DNA of 60,362 bases from Catajapyx aquilonaris (taxonomy: Eukaryota). Both the position numbers and the translations under genes were made by a program. Location of the stretch: positions 1 through 60,362 of the forward strand of contig JYFJ02002241.1 of NCBI GenBank assembly GCA_000934665.2, written 5' to 3'. Below the pieces are notes generated by a model. That model searched no databases. It saw only the letters and a list, made by a program, of their open reading frames with translations, and was not told the DNA's origin. Of this stretch, positions 39,246 through 52,899 are shown piece after piece (within the stretch, counting starts at the first letter, position 1; every line of letters begins with the position of its first letter).

Positions 39246-41024
39246 TGTCAATGTTTGTGCCTTACTGATTGCAAGTGACCGAATGATATTGTGTCAGTGC
39301 GCACTGTGAACGAATATTTCCGTGTCTGGTAGCGCATTTTCAGGAGGGCATATTATTTACGATCATTTCTAGTCCCAGTGGTACACCAGAGACACCCCTG
39401 TACAGCGGTACTACCACGCGTCGCGACACTTTTCCCATCTCCATCCAAGCAGATGCGCAGGTGAACGTACCATTATGATTTTTGGCAAGTAGTTAATAAT
39501 TTACGCTGCATGAAAATGCTTAAATCTCTCTCAAATCATTATTAAATCTCGCCTTATTCTGCCAATTTCGTGCAAAATATAATATGACTGTGTTGCATGT
39601 TACGTCCTTAAAGTATGTAAAAGGGAATTAATCAGATTCTTTTTCACTTAGTAAGGAGAAAGTTGGTGACACAGGGCTTGCAAAAATGTATTTGCCCTTG
39701 GTTTCAAGCAAAGGAAGAAACACGTATGAAAAGAGGGTGACAAGCATGTCCTATGCAGATATTCAACTCATGACACCAATATTCATATGGACTCTAACAT
39801 GGAATTCAGCCTGTCAAATGTTGCAGAGCTGCAGCCCAAAACCTGTGCTCTGGCAAACTATGGTGTGGCACATGCCGACTGCGTCTGTGTTGTGTCATGT
39901 ACAATTCATCAAGACTTAAAAAGTATAGTGATTGCAAATGCAAGGTCAGCTTTAGTAACAAGTGGTCAAGAACAACACGGACTGCATTGGAAAAAGTGAT
40001 TTGAAAACCAGCACAAGATGATGCCCACATCGGGGATTGATTTCTGCAATCCCAGGGCAAGATGTACAAACCCTACTTGAGAAGGTGTTTAGAGAAATTA
40101 TGGTGGGCTTATAAGCACAATAAATACCTTATCATCACATACTTGAGGATAACTGCATAATTATACATACTGCTATGCAAGTGAAATGCTTCACTGCTAA
40201 AGGTTATCGAAGGAAGGAAGGAAGTCCTCAGGTGGAGGGTGGGCCATGAGACACAACTACATAAACGTACAGCTCTCGCTAGAAGAAGAGTCTGCTGGCA
40301 AACCCTGGTAGCTAGGCCGCCTAATTGTGGGGACTAGGCCCAGATTAAGCACAAAGACCATGACCACATAGTTTGTTAGTATGACTTGTGATACTTTATA
40401 TCCATTGCGACTACAGATGCAGTAAGAATCGTGATATGATTACTTATGAGGCTGAATTCGAGTCCATGTGGCCAGTTTGTTGTTGGCTGGCTGCAGGGCA
40501 CATATTTCTTGGAATCTACTATAGAATATTGCACACACTCATACCAAATGCATGGTACTTTTCCATCACACATGTATTGCTGACATCATGACTACAAGAC
40601 AAGACATCAATGTAAAAATCTTGGTACTAGTGTAACTTGTGACGACGAATGAGTGAGAGACCTCCCGTTCATTTGCACCATGCGTCGAATACAGACAGCA
40701 CATTGCCTAATACGGTGTCAAATGAATCACATCCAGTTATTGGCAGTGCTCTCATAACTTGCTTATACATGGCAAATCCAAGTCCTGCCAACAAAAAATA
40801 TACATTTACATATCAGTAATCAAATCACGCCGTACTGCAAAAGTAAAATATGTCCACATTAGCCAATCCATACAGGGTGATCCTACGATTATGGAAATCA
40901 TGGTTTTCTGAAATATGTGGGATATAAAACTGCTAGGTCAGCATACCCTAACAGTCATTCTATTCAGCTATTAACCCCTTCGGCCCCAGCGCATAGGCGA
41001 CTAGAACTTGACCATTATGCTATC

Positions 41025-41183
41025 TATGCAAAGATAAGAATGACGGGAGGGTTACGAGTGTTTTCCTCTGCCCAATTTCTTCCAAGAAAGGAGCCTCCAG
41101 ATGATTCTAAAACATTGAAGGCTTTTGAGACGAATCTCAAGAGTTTCAGCGCATAAGCACGCAGATTCACAGCAATTAAGGTA
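41025..41183 (+). repeat. Dispersed ~160-bp repeat, copy 1 (possibly Tc1/mariner MITE-related)
   Basis: Highly similar to 53180-53338. A TACAGGGTG mariner-type end lies upstream at 40871. Confidence 0.85.
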
Positions 41184-42492
41184 GTTTGGCAGTGAATTGG
41201 AATGTTCTGACAAACCAATTTTCTGCTTATATCGAGACAGATTTGCCCAAGGTAGTGATATCAGTGGCTTTTATTCATCCTAATGCAATTTTAAATGTGC
41301 TTTTATGCCGTCGCCACTGTGGCCTCGTCCCCAGACGCAGACGCCCAAGGCGCCTTTACACCGGCCATGAACATCGGGGTCACCGCCAGAGCTTTTGCAT
41401 TTGAAATAGCTGCCGACACCCCCTCCCCTCGAGGAGGAATCGACGAGTTCAACGTTCTTCGCGCTAGGAAACACACAGTCCACATTTCAAATCACCTAGC
41501 AGCAATCACCTCCTACGATGAGGTGATTACGGCTCCAAGTTCAAGTGAAGGCAGTGAATTAACGAGCACAAGTGCCAAGTCTCAGCTGCGACGTTTGAAG
41601 CAGACTCATGACCTCTCTTTAACAACAAGAAAACTTGACTGAACTTGAAGACACTGAACTTGAAGCAGTTAAATGTATATTATAGTTAACGTGACTGCAG
41701 ATACCAAATGACACCACCTACATCAACCACATTTGCTTGTTAACATCCACCTCCGTATGACACTTTTCGTACGATCTGCATATATCCATTCAAGAGGAAG
41801 CAGGTGTGTTAAAGTTCCAGGACATCCAGGGCCACAAAGACAAGAAAGTGCACAAGAAGGCACTCAATCTCAAAATTTACTTGAGACTACGGTAGAGCCT
41901 GACCGACTATCCACTCACACAGATTGAAGTACCAACCACCGCAGGTAAATATAATTACAACAAAGCACATGCTCCGGGTAGAAACTGTATTAAGATAGTA
42001 GACTCTTCAAGAGACCATTTGAATGGCTCAACACTGCTGCGGCAAAAAAGAGAAAGGGAGCTGTAAACAAGGCATTGGCACAAGGCAGGATCTGGCACAA
42101 GGTGTGGTTAAACAGCAGGACCTACTTACAATAGAAAATATTAGTAGTACCTGGGAGGAGGTTGCCTTTCAAGCGAATGCTGCTGGCCAGGCCAAGAAGC
42201 ACGAGACAAATGGTCAACCTGAAGACTATGGTTAAGTGCCACAAGGCGTATCAAATGTGTTAAGAAGGCCCCAGTTATTCCCCTTACATAAATACCACGT
42301 GATCGAGTATAATATGCCAACAGGACGACTGAAATCCATCAAATACCCAGCATCCACTCTGGATAGCGACGCCACAAAATCATTAACCTTGTACTTATTC
42401 CAAACTGAGCTAAAGCAGCTCTATATGTTATATGTAATCCCTGCAGGCATGACCCATGAAAATTTTCCAGTTCATTTTCAGCATTTTTTCTC

Positions 42493-42610
42493 CGAAACTT
42501 TTCCATAACTTGTGAGAATGACAGATGTGGATGGACCGTCATCCAGAGAAGAGACAACACATGTATGCAAGAAGCAATTCACAAAAGAGGTGCAGTTTAA
42601 TAAGGAAATT
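42493..42610 (+). pseudogene. Fibrinogen-related domain (FReD) exon fragment
   Basis: NFSITCENDRCGWTVIQRRDN matches the FReD motif C..GGWTVIQRR.D, followed in another frame by EVQFNK. Confidence 0.45.
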
Positions 42611-43299
42611 ATTTGCCCTGACTGAAGAACAGTGCCCCCAGGCTCAACCATGAAAGTGCAAGAAGACCATTTAGGAAGATGGGGCCCTTTCCTTTTACTG
42701 CGTATGGATTCAGACTTGTGATATTAACTGTGATGCTACAGCAATGACCTGCATCATTATCTGAGCACTTCACAACTGGATTCGGATGTCCCATCCTGAT
42801 AAAATACACCACATTGTTCACCAGCTCAATCCTAACGTGGTGCATTTCATGAATGGGGTTTCATGTCACTTGCAGACTATCAGATCTGTCACTAGGATGA
42901 TGTGTGTACAGTGTTGGATACCACAATAAGCTGAGTGTTCATAATGAACATTTGGATTGTAGCAAGGAACTTGATTAGTCACATGTTTATAGGACATATT
43001 CCTAAATGTCACACAACAGAATAGTTCCAACATGGAAAATTGATGGTAATAATCAGAAATTAGTGTCACATAAGTTCATAACGGATCATCTTGTTATGAT
43101 CTAGAAAATAGACCAAAGACCGCCAGAACTCAATATATCTGGCCAAGTCAGACTAGGTCATATGGAAATGAGAAAAAGCAAAATTATGCATTTCCTAACA
43201 GGCAGTGTACCTGTATGGGACGAGTTCCTCCTAAGCATCACATGGAAATCACAGCCCAACGAGCAAGGTGCTGAAAGGTAAATGTGCAGAAATTGTACA

Positions 43300-44225
43300 T
43301 GTACATTAGATTTCATTTCAATCCATACCAACAGTACTAGAATTGAACTGTAAGGAGAAATTATGTGACCCATTGTTTTTACCACTCTCAGTCAGTCAAG
43401 GACAATAAAACTGCTGAATATGTTTATACGGAAAGTAAACCAGACAGATCTTTTTATATGGGACACACAGGTCCACCCAGTCAGGAATGCAGGGGCCAAA
43501 AAGCATCAGAGAAGAGAGGAGGCCAAGCCTTGTTCAGCTCCAATGCTAAGATGGAGTGGAAAGAGACTACTTGAGACACTTTACCAAATTTCAGCAAAAG
43601 ACCAAGGTACCTGTACCACCAAATAACAAACCAAATTGGAGACAAACAGCCCACAGTTGGAGATGAGGTATACAGAAATATGAGAAATGGCTCACATCTT
43701 TGATGATGTATGCTGTCCACATCTGATACATAAAACCTGCATTGAGAGTTTGGAAAGCCAGGTTGCCAGACATCATTATGATACGCCAGCAAACAACATT
43801 GATGGTTACATCAATGTAACCGACATCCAATTTTGCTTCCATCTGATGGAATGAGAGAGAGTTTAAGAGAAAACATTGTTCACACTGTGTGCTGCATGCA
43901 TTGTCGGTGATGATAAATACCAGTAAATGCCCATTACCATTTGCTTATGCATGCAAATGCTGAGATTTTCTGTGATAACTGCACACACGTTTTCTCAAAA
44001 ACATTTTTAAGTACACCAAGTTTGGAGGAGACACTGGACTGCCTGTCTTGCCCTATACCACTCTACTTGGGTTCAGGCTATTTGGGTAGCTAGGCCAGGA
44101 GTTATTGATGCATACAACAAAAACATGATGTTCATCAGGTGAATGTCCACACCTCACCGGCCAATATCAAACAAAAATTAAGAACGTCAGATCCCAACTT
44201 CGGTGGTATGTGCTGGCCCGCAAGG
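43300..44225 (+). repeat. Diverged dispersed repeat, copy 2 (blocks 43300-43445 and 44149-44225)
   Basis: Collinear matches to 10718-10860 and 11761-11837. Confidence 0.7.
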
Positions 44226-45658
44226 TGTGGCACCAGTAATGCAGCCTTGGTGGTATGAACTTGCCAAAGTTTTTCTACCAGTTATGGACATAGGGACAGT
44301 ACCAGCAATTTCACCCCCTCAATCTACAGTGGACTGTGAGAGAAAATGTTTTAAAAACCACCGGGTAAAATTTGTTTACTAATATTTTCCATTTCCTTCG
44401 CCTGAGAATAATCCACATGGGAGCCATTTCAGCAGACTGCATGGAAATCAAGTAATTTAGGGCCTCATGAGATTAATGCAGGTGTTAGACAGCTCAGTGG
44501 AACATTTCTTTGGATTAAAATAGGAAAAAAAAGGTCCAGGACCTCTCAACAACCTTGGCACATCAGAGCTGCAGACAGGAATTGATGCAGAGGAAACAAC
44601 AAGACCAACCAGCCCATGTGAATTTCCCACATGTGACTTGTTCTTGGAGCAATTTGTAGCCCTCGCTACTTCTGTTTGTCTCAAATGATGGCGGCAACCC
44701 GGCCCCTGGGTCTTCTTCCCAACTGTTACCCTCACGTCGTCCCCGCCAGTACCCCGCAAGGGATCTCTTGATGGTTAGGGGATTGAAGCCCATCCCAACC
44801 CAGTGTCTCAGAGGCCTCCTCCTCATGCCGTCCATCAGGTCCTTCCATACAAGTGCAGGAACATTAGCTTTGTCCATAACAAACACATGTGAGTCACAGG
44901 GCAAGGTTGGTATGCCGCTTCATGATACTCGAGTACTTTTTTTTTCCAAAGCCCTCACTTTGTCCATTACCAACCATATCCAACTATATTGAATAGGGCA
45001 AGCAGGCTGTTTGTTTGAGTGGGTAGGAGTCATGCCAACTGTGGCTATCTGGTTATTAGGAAACACAGACGGGACAGGACTTTCTCAAGAATGTCTCTCA
45101 CTAAAATCTAAATGGGAATATCATTGCCCTGATCCATCTCAAGTTCTTCAAAATATGTTTCATCCTGGTCCATATGCTGGTGAGATTGCTTGCAACTTAA
45201 TGAAGGGGGAAATTGACCCAAACGCGACGCCATGTTGGTGTGTCCTTGAAAATCTGAAAAGAAGAGGGCCTGTCTTAATTTTCAGTCTATATCACATATT
45301 CACAACAGAAAAATGCCAAGCAATAAAATACATGGTCCAAAAATTATAAATGACCAACTCAAATGTTATGACGACACTTTTCCCACTGAAAAATGTAGAC
45401 AAAAAATGTATTAATTTGGTTCCAAGAATTTTGTACCTCACAAAACATCCCACACATGAACCCTACAGCAACTGGCTCATTTCTACTGGAAGTGCTGACC
45501 TTGTAAAAATCCAAGGTATGCAACACAACAGTGTGTCATCAATATCATAGCATTCATATGGCCACTCTGGCAGGACTTTAGATGCCCTGTGGATCACCCT
45601 GTATGCATATAGCGGGTAAGTCCAACCTTTCCGCTTTTAAAAACTGTCCTTCAGATTC

Positions 45659-47129
45659 CAGGACCCGTATTCTGGCCAAAAGACGGAAGCGGTTTGTCGA
45701 ATGCGCGCGGTGACGTCAACATGACGTAGACTGGGTGTTTCCTGGCCTTGCCTGGTCGCCTCTCCCAGCCCCAGGATTGGTCGGCGGGGCAGGGCTGGGG
45801 GAGAATACCCTCCGCGCGATCGATACTATCCACGCGTCATATTCTGGTCAATGTTGGCTGAGTTTGTCGCGCGTCCGGCCTAATGCGAGCCGCGATGCTG
45901 CTGCTCGGTCATTCTGCGCGGCTACCAAAGCCATGCCGAGTGCGAGCCAGAGGCTGAGACCGCAGCTACCTACTTGTGTCCTCGGCGACCCTGGGCAGCC
46001 CGGGGCCCATTCTAATGTATGGGTGTTGTGCTGCAATGAACAAGTAGGGTGTGTGGCTGTGAGAGCCAACAATGGAGCACCACCTGCTGCAGAAGAGGCG
46101 GCGAGAAGACGGATACAATATCACGATTGCCATTGTCTGCTTCTCGCTCAGTCGGACGGTGGGTCTAGGAGCACCCCCCCAAAAGCGCCTCTTCCTCCAT
46201 AGGGAAGACGCACTTGAAGTGCTCCGAGACAAAGACATCAGAAGACGTTACAGATTATCAAAAGAATTGGTTCTCTGGGTGTGCAACGAAGTAAGGAATG
46301 AATTGGAACCGAAGCGCCCATCGAAAACTACCCTCAGTGTAGAAACGAAGGTTGGTGTCAATGGAACATGAACTGTAAGTATTGGGACTAATTTCATGCA
46401 TGACTCACACTGCACATGAACCATAGCAGTTATTGTAAGGTGTCACCTTTCCCATTCGGCATTGGCAAGTGACATTTATTGCCATTGCATTCACTAGTAG
46501 CAATGGTCAAGTATATTTAGCAAATAAAATTGGCTTTCACATGTGACCTATGAATAGGTACTCACAGAACACAAGTGGAACATTTGCGGAAAACTGCTGT
46601 GACTAGATTCAACCTAATTTCGCATTCCAATGAGCTGGCAATGACATACTTGAGACACTTACATATGGTGTACATTTATATAAAAGTATCTTTCATGGCA
46701 AGCACAGTGTGACATGAAGCAGTGTAAATATGGCCATGGCAGTGTCAAAAACAAGTCCTCGTGGTTCATGAAATGTCCCTTGCTTTAGGCATTGCATCAG
46801 TATTGAGTAATGCCCACATTGGAATAATGAGGCTGCTCTGTCACAGGTGCTGATAGCCCTTCGGTTACATTTGGTCCCTTTCACGGGTGACAGCCAGCTG
46901 ACACCCTCTCATGTAGCTGTCAGCTGGTGGCGCTGGAACTCGCCATCCTTGATTGGCCCTCACTCACGTTATCCCAAAGCAGGACCGCACCTACTGATAT
47001 CATCTCTCGATACCACCAAACGTCGCGCGGCCTTGCCTCTCCCTCAGGCCAGCCCCTTCGGAGGCATATGTCACCGCGCGCATTCGACAAACCGCTTCCG
47101 CGCGCCTTTTGGCCAGAATATGGGTCCTG
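45659..47129 (+). mobile_element. Internally deleted PIF/Harbinger element with ~55-bp TIRs
   Basis: TIRs 45659-45714 and 47070-47129 with CWG ends. HARBI1-like N-terminus REDALEVLRDKDIRRRYRLSKELVLWVCNEVRNELEP..LSVETK is spliced (intron 46351-46846) to VLIALR. Confidence 0.82.
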
Positions 47130-47729
47130 TTGTGAATTTTATACAAATTTACGGCATTGTGAATCATGGGTTCATAAGCCTACAACCCATGTTTTCTTAA
47201 TATATGATGATGAGGTTGCTCAGCAACTTTCACCTGGAAGAAACATTGACACACTGGGTTACAGCATACCTGTGCATCAGCCAAGTGATGATGCTGTTCA
47301 CCATTTCACCCCAATCTGAGCTGTAGTTTCACGCCACAGGTAAATGGCCACAGTTCCATACAACAGGGACAGCAGTTCCACTGAAGTCGCCTCACTCACC
47401 AGCGACACCCTCACTGAGGTGGACACTTTTGCGAAGGCTCAGCTTGTTGAACTGTTGCAAGGTGGGAGTTGGGATTCATCCATGTTGTCCATCACTTTGT
47501 GGTAGCAGACAGATGATGTTTTGTCTGAAAATAATGATTAATGAGCATCAATGACAGTCAATTAAAGCATTTTGCATCGGACATGGTGATCAAACTTCTT
47601 GCCTTTCTCTGTCAGCTTTTTTCCTTTGCACTAAGCTACTTAATTTTTATCCAATAAATTATACTCAGCAAAGTTCCTTTCAACATGCACCAACACAAAT
47701 TGGCACTTGTTTCCATTGTCTGATGTCTT

Positions 47730-48086
47730 GGGGAGGTGTGGTGGCCGCGATGGTAACGTCACGGCTTGCTCAATGAAAGGCCCCAGGTTCGATCCCCGCC
47801 TGGGGAACTTTCCTTTCACCTGCGTCAGGAGGGTCTCTGACCTGCACCAAGGAGGTGTCTGGCAACCTAACCTCCTGGGGGACTGCACATGACCCCTTTA
47901 CCGACATTGCACTTGCACTCATGTTCCCTCCCCAAAAATCCCTATCCTTACCCCATTTCCTTTCATCCTTGCACCGGAGTTAGAAGAAAAAATGCAGAAA
48001 ATTGCAGGAAAAATGGTGGTATTCCACTCCCCTATAAGGGCCTATGGCCCTATCACGGGGTAACGTAAAATAATAAAAAATAAAAA
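47730..48086 (+). mobile_element. Full-length tRNA-derived SINE
   Basis: Box A TGGCCGCGATGG 47742-47753, box B GGTTCGATCCC 47786-47796, 3' stem-loop and A-rich tail. 15-bp TSD ATTGTCTGATGTCTT at 47715-47729 and 48087-48101. Confidence 0.93.
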
Positions 48087-48136
48087 ATTGTCTGATGTCT
48101 TACATACATGACAGAAGTTTCGCATAGCATGCATCA

Positions 48137-48444
48137 GGTTGTGTTTACACATGAGCGATTTGATCAGCGATTAGCTTCTCTGAATGATGCAAGCTGTAGA
48201 TGTTCTGACATCACTACAGAAGCCATCGCACTTGCAGTGCTGCCTGCCGCCACACTACTGCCACTTGAATACGGTTGATTTGTCAATGACTTCATGGATA
48301 CAGCGATAAGGCATTGCTCATGCCTCTTTCAAATAGACCCAAGCACTTTCATCAGCGATTCTCTCACTTCCAAAAGGCGACCCCCTACTTTCTGCCCAAT
48401 ATTGGTTTCATCGCTCATCAAATAGCTCATATGTCAACGAGGCC
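48137..48444. mobile_element. MITE with degenerate ~28-bp TIRs (Harbinger-like)
   Basis: Left end GGTTGTGTTTACACATGAGCGATTTGAT versus right-end reverse complement GGCCTCGTTGACATATGAGCTATTTGAT. Confidence 0.55.
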
Positions 48445-49013
48445 TTAAGACGCACGGAGAACAGGCACACCTCGCTTTGTGACATTTTCCTAACATGGTG
48501 CTTCTAATGATAATAATTTCCGGCACTTACATGCTCTTGCAGCACACGTTAGCCGCGGATTACTTCATGGTGCTTATAATTGTCACTTTTGCATTGGTTA
48601 CTTACGCCTAGTGCTATTGCGCCCAATATGATAGTGTAAAAGTTAAAGCCTTTCATGTGCAGTAGCGAGGTCCCTGGTTGCATGAGCTGGGAAGCAATAT
48701 TAACTCCGCAGCATCAGGCTGGACCCTGTGGGCCCCTAGGTCAAGGGGAGATGCGCACCTGTTCAGTCCAGGGGCGGGTCCCGTCTGCAGGAGGTGGGCT
48801 GGAGGGGCCCAGGGGCAGCCCAGGGGTCCGTCCAAGCAGGCAGGGAGGGCCCGGGGGCGGACCAGGGGCGGCCCAGGGGCAGGCAGAGAAGCGAGGCCAT
48901 CCCGACAGAACGTTCGGCGTAGTTGGCTGGTTGCGGCTTCCCCCGTCAGATGGCGGGGTAGATCCAGGAGGGTATGGCCCAGCGGGAAAGGAGGAGGCGG
49001 CCATGTTTGGTCC

Positions 49014-49196
49014 ATTGGTGAAAGACACTTGTTATCTCCTGCACATGTGATTATTATTTATAATCTTGGGAAAGCTTCCATTTTTTTATTATTAGTTTTG
49101 TTCTGATGGGAAGTTTCAGAAATAATAATTACTCAAGATATACATTTGCACTCGTTTTGTAGCCAGCAACACAAAATGTTACAACTGTTGTAAGAT
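49014..49196 (+). repeat. Duplicated segment (other copy 58525-58709)
   Basis: Near-identical ~180 bp lying upstream of each hAT copy. Confidence 0.9.
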
Positions 49197-49440
49197 CCCA
49201 GGCAGCACAAAAAGTTGGGCCAATATTGGACGAATGTTGGCCCAATATCTTGAATCTTGGGCAATATTGGCAGCAGATCTATTGCCATTCAAACTCGCCA
49301 AGTAGCACAAAAAGTCGGCCAACGTAGGAACCAATGTCGGGCCGATGTCGTGTGAAAGTCGGCAAATGTCGGGCCGATGTCGTGTGAAGGTCGGCAAATG
49401 TCGGCCGACTTACCAGTCTGTGGCCAATCTTGGCCGAATG
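49197..49440. mobile_element. CMC-type end fragment(s) with palindromic subterminal repeats
   Basis: CCCAGGCAGCACAAAAAG and CCAAGTAGCACAAAAAG starts, repeated TTGGCCCAA / GTCGGGCCGA motifs, and a 31-bp tandem duplication near 49333-49400. Confidence 0.5.
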
Positions 49441-50502
49441 TAGGGAGCCGACCTATTATTATCCCCGTGCTAAACTCGTGCGAAGGCAGATAATAACGGT
49501 AGCAGCTTTATGCGTGAGTACGTCACGAGTTGAGTCTAGTCAGGCATAAGGACGAGTGGAACTGCGCGGTGACCTCCGCTCCTTCTCCGCCCTTGGTCTA
49601 CAGGCCTACAGCAACCCGGGGCCCGGGGCCCACCCTCGCCGCTGCCCCTAGCTGGGTCTCATGCACAGCTGGTGAGTAAAAGGTTCAGGCCTGAACTGCA
49701 CGTATTATTGTTGCAATATAATATTTGCACATTCAACTTCATTGAAATGTTTCATGATCATTTTCAAGCGACACATTTATAAATGTTAATTGTATTAGGG
49801 TTGGTTTTTAATCCAGGGTTTCACTTAACAGGTTCATTCAAAACCAGCGTAAGGACGGCAGGCGTGATGATGGAAGGATTGGAAGCATCAGGGCAGCCAG
49901 CATCAAAATGATAACGGCGCAGCGGAGACTTATCAGGACAAGACAATGCTGAAGTGACTGTGTTGGCCGGTGTTGGGATTGCTGGAGTAGTGAAAGTTTG
50001 GTGCCAAAGTTTGATATGATGTGGGAGATCTCTGCATCCAGATGAGGATCGCTCCCGGGATGGAATTTGCCATGACGAATCGCGATCACTATTTTTTTCA
50101 GAGCATGAATCCTGATTCGCCTGTCACGCCAGAGTCAGTGAATATAGTGTTTCACAGAGTTCCAGTGCTTGGTGATTTTTATGACTATCCCTGCAAATCA
50201 TCCTCTACATTTCAGTGTATAAAATTGGAAAATGTCACAATGCCCACTTGTAAAAAATGCACACTTGTAAACTGTCACAGATAGGTCATCAGTGCTTGGC
50301 TATGGAAGAAAGATATGTCGTCGTACTGAAGCATCAAACATTTTAATGTATGTGATTCCAATCACTCTTATCACTCGTCCTCAAAATTTGCACACTTTAT
50401 TCAGAATAACCCTGTATAGCAGAAATGTAACTGTGGCATTCCGGTGGTTATGCTTCTTTTTCCCTGTCATCGAAGGTTTTGGATGTACATAGTGTTATGA
50501 GA

Positions 50503-51186
50503 CTTGACTGTACTCCCGATGTCAGTCACCAGGAGCAGATGACACTGGTAATCCAGATTGTGGATGTGACAGAATCAAACGTGGTTGTAGCTGAATACTT
50601 CTTGAAATTTTTGCGTGTGACACGACAGGGAAACGGGCCTATCAAAGTCACTGCTAGCTAGTCTCGATGAACTTGGACTTGCCATTAGGGACAAGGGTAT
50701 GACAATGGCGCAAATATGAAGGGACATAACCAGGGAGTTCAAGCTCGCATTCTGCAAATTAATCCCCGAGCGTTCTTCACATCATGTGGCTGACATAATT
50801 TGAACCTGGTTTTATAAGATATAGGCCAAGTGTATCCCACAAGCAATGGCTTTTTTGGGGGTGATTCAGAGACTATACACCATTTTCGCGCACTCAACAA
50901 ACAGGCGGCACATTTTAAAGAAACACACACACATAAGTGTTAAACCATTATCGGACACACGATGGGAATGCCGGGTGGAAAGTGTCAAGGCAATTCGTCA
51001 TCAGACCAGTTTTGAATTGTGCGACATAACAGATGATGCAAAAATCAAGAGTGAAGCGGAATATTTGGTCGAGCATGAACTTGAAAATTTCGAATTCTTG
51101 CTTGCTACGATCATCATCTAGTACGACATCCTTTTCACTGTGAACACTGTCAGTAAAATGCTACAATCTCAGAACATGCAGTGGAT
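50503..51186 (+). pseudogene. hAT transposase remnant (ZMYM1/DUF4371-like), copy 1
   Basis: LDCTPDVSHQEQMTL, QGYDNGANMKG and VKPLSDTRWECRVESVKAIR. Confidence 0.88.
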
Positions 51187-51211
51187 GTCGCTATTCAGCA
51201 AGTCTCTGGTC

Positions 51212-51259
<48 letters not shown>
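51212..51259. repeat. (TAT)n microsatellite
   Basis: About 16 consecutive TAT units. Confidence 0.97.
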
Positions 51260-51260
<1 letters not shown>

Positions 51261-52179
51261 ACAGCAATGGGCAGTCTGAATATTATCTTAGGTCAGGATC
51301 ACTTTTAATGTTGTAAAGTTAGTGACTTATGTTGTAGCTGCTGATATCTAGTGTCTTCCCAACAGTATGTGCAGGTCCACTGTTATTTAAAAAAAAAAGT
51401 GTGAAGTGTGAAAATAGTTAGATTTCAGCTAGCTCCTGATCATGACTTTCATGGTTCATATCATAATTTATTATTGTTGATTACTATATAAGTATTCCAT
51501 GTTATACTTAACTCTTGTGGGATCCTTGTTTTCAAATGAAATAATTTTACGCATCCCAAGTTGTAGTTATCGACAGCATAAATCACTATGTCTATTCCTA
51601 CTTGCAGGCAGAAAAATCAGAGCATGCTGTGGCAAATACTCCAGGATCAAAATTGTTTTTGCCAAAGGATGGGAAGAAAACCACTTACATCAATGATCCT
51701 CCACAGGATGTAATCCTCCCGAAGGATTGTACAGTGGAGAGGGCTTGGGGGTATACTACATAAAAAGTCTTGATTACCCTAGTGCATTCTCCCAGCTCTT
51801 AGGATTATTCCAGATCACTGACACCCAAGGACACATTTTATAAGGGGTGGATGACAAGCAAGCTAACTGTATTGCTAAATCATGTGCCTGACAGACAGAG
51901 GGGGAAGAAGAAGAGGAAGTAGACTGCTGAGCTGAATAAATGTTTTTTACAATGAACAAAATGATCTCTTGCCGGAAGGAAGGGCGACTAGTAAGGGACA
52001 CCCTGTATAATAGGAAGTCCGGCAAAGGATTCATAAACTATCATTTTGAAAACGATGAGTGTCTCCCACTTTCGAATTAAAAAAACACAGGAAGGAGGAC
52101 AAGTCAAAACCTGCAGTTGTAGATCATGGTGATAAAAGTGAAAGTGACGACTTGGCCACGGGGACATGAATGGAAACAC

Positions 52180-52330
52180 TTTTCTTCAGTGGATTAAGGA
52201 TCCTCAATACACCACCAGGGAGCCTAACATTCGTGGACAATGCTTCATGCAATTCTACTCAAGAGGAGGAGTTGGCCAACCAGAAGTGGAGGAAGGAGAC
52301 AGGCCAGAAGTGGCTTGAACATCTGCACCT
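52180..52330 (+). pseudogene. Tc1/IS630-like transposase fragment
   Basis: LTFVDNASCNS..KWRKETGQKWL resembles the DNASYHS..WRK..IQ.WL region. A CACCCTGTA mariner-type end lies near 52000. Confidence 0.45.
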
Positions 52331-52853
52331 GCTACCCCCTAGTAATCATCTGAAGAAGGCGCATTCAGATTTGGATGACCCACTCAAACGGTTATAAAAT
52401 CATTTTGTACATGCTGAAATGTCAGTGGATTCTAACTTGGCAACTGGGACCCACACTGCACAGCTGCTGGAGAAAACACTCCGTTCTATGATGGAAGAAT
52501 GAAAAATACCAGAGGAAAAAAATACAACTTGTGTTAGAGATGGCCCAGCCACCATCGTCAAACCAGCAGGTACAATCATTTCCGTCTAACAGTCATCTGC
52601 TGACTGTCATCACAGTACCATATCTGAGGGCGTCAAGAAATCATGCCCAGAACGAGATCTATTGATCATCAAAACTGATAGATCTCAAAAGCAAAATTTC
52701 CATAGCGTCATAGCTGCACTGTATTGTGCATTTACGTCGACATACTTCATATTTGAGGACGATACCTACAGTACACAGCAGTACAGGTTGTTTTAAGTTC
52801 GATTGACAACAACCTGTTGCTTCCGAGCAGCCCAAGTACGAAGAGAAGCAGTC

Positions 52854-52899
52854 CTACGGCTACGAGCAGCCCAAGTAATCGGGCTGCTCGTAGCCGTAG
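52854..52899. repeat. Perfect 19-bp inverted repeat with 8-nt loop
   Basis: CTACGGCTACGAGCAGCCC - AAGTAATC - GGGCTGCTCGTAGCCGTAG. Confidence 0.95.

Noticed and set aside
47730..47810. Possible tRNA gene
   Set aside because: A and B boxes are present, but there is no convincing cloverleaf. It is the head of a SINE with a tail, a TSD and a second copy.
48653..49106. Overlapping GC-rich ORFs on both strands (Gly/Arg/Pro-rich)
   Set aside because: Open frames are explained by high GC content, and no recognisable domain was found.
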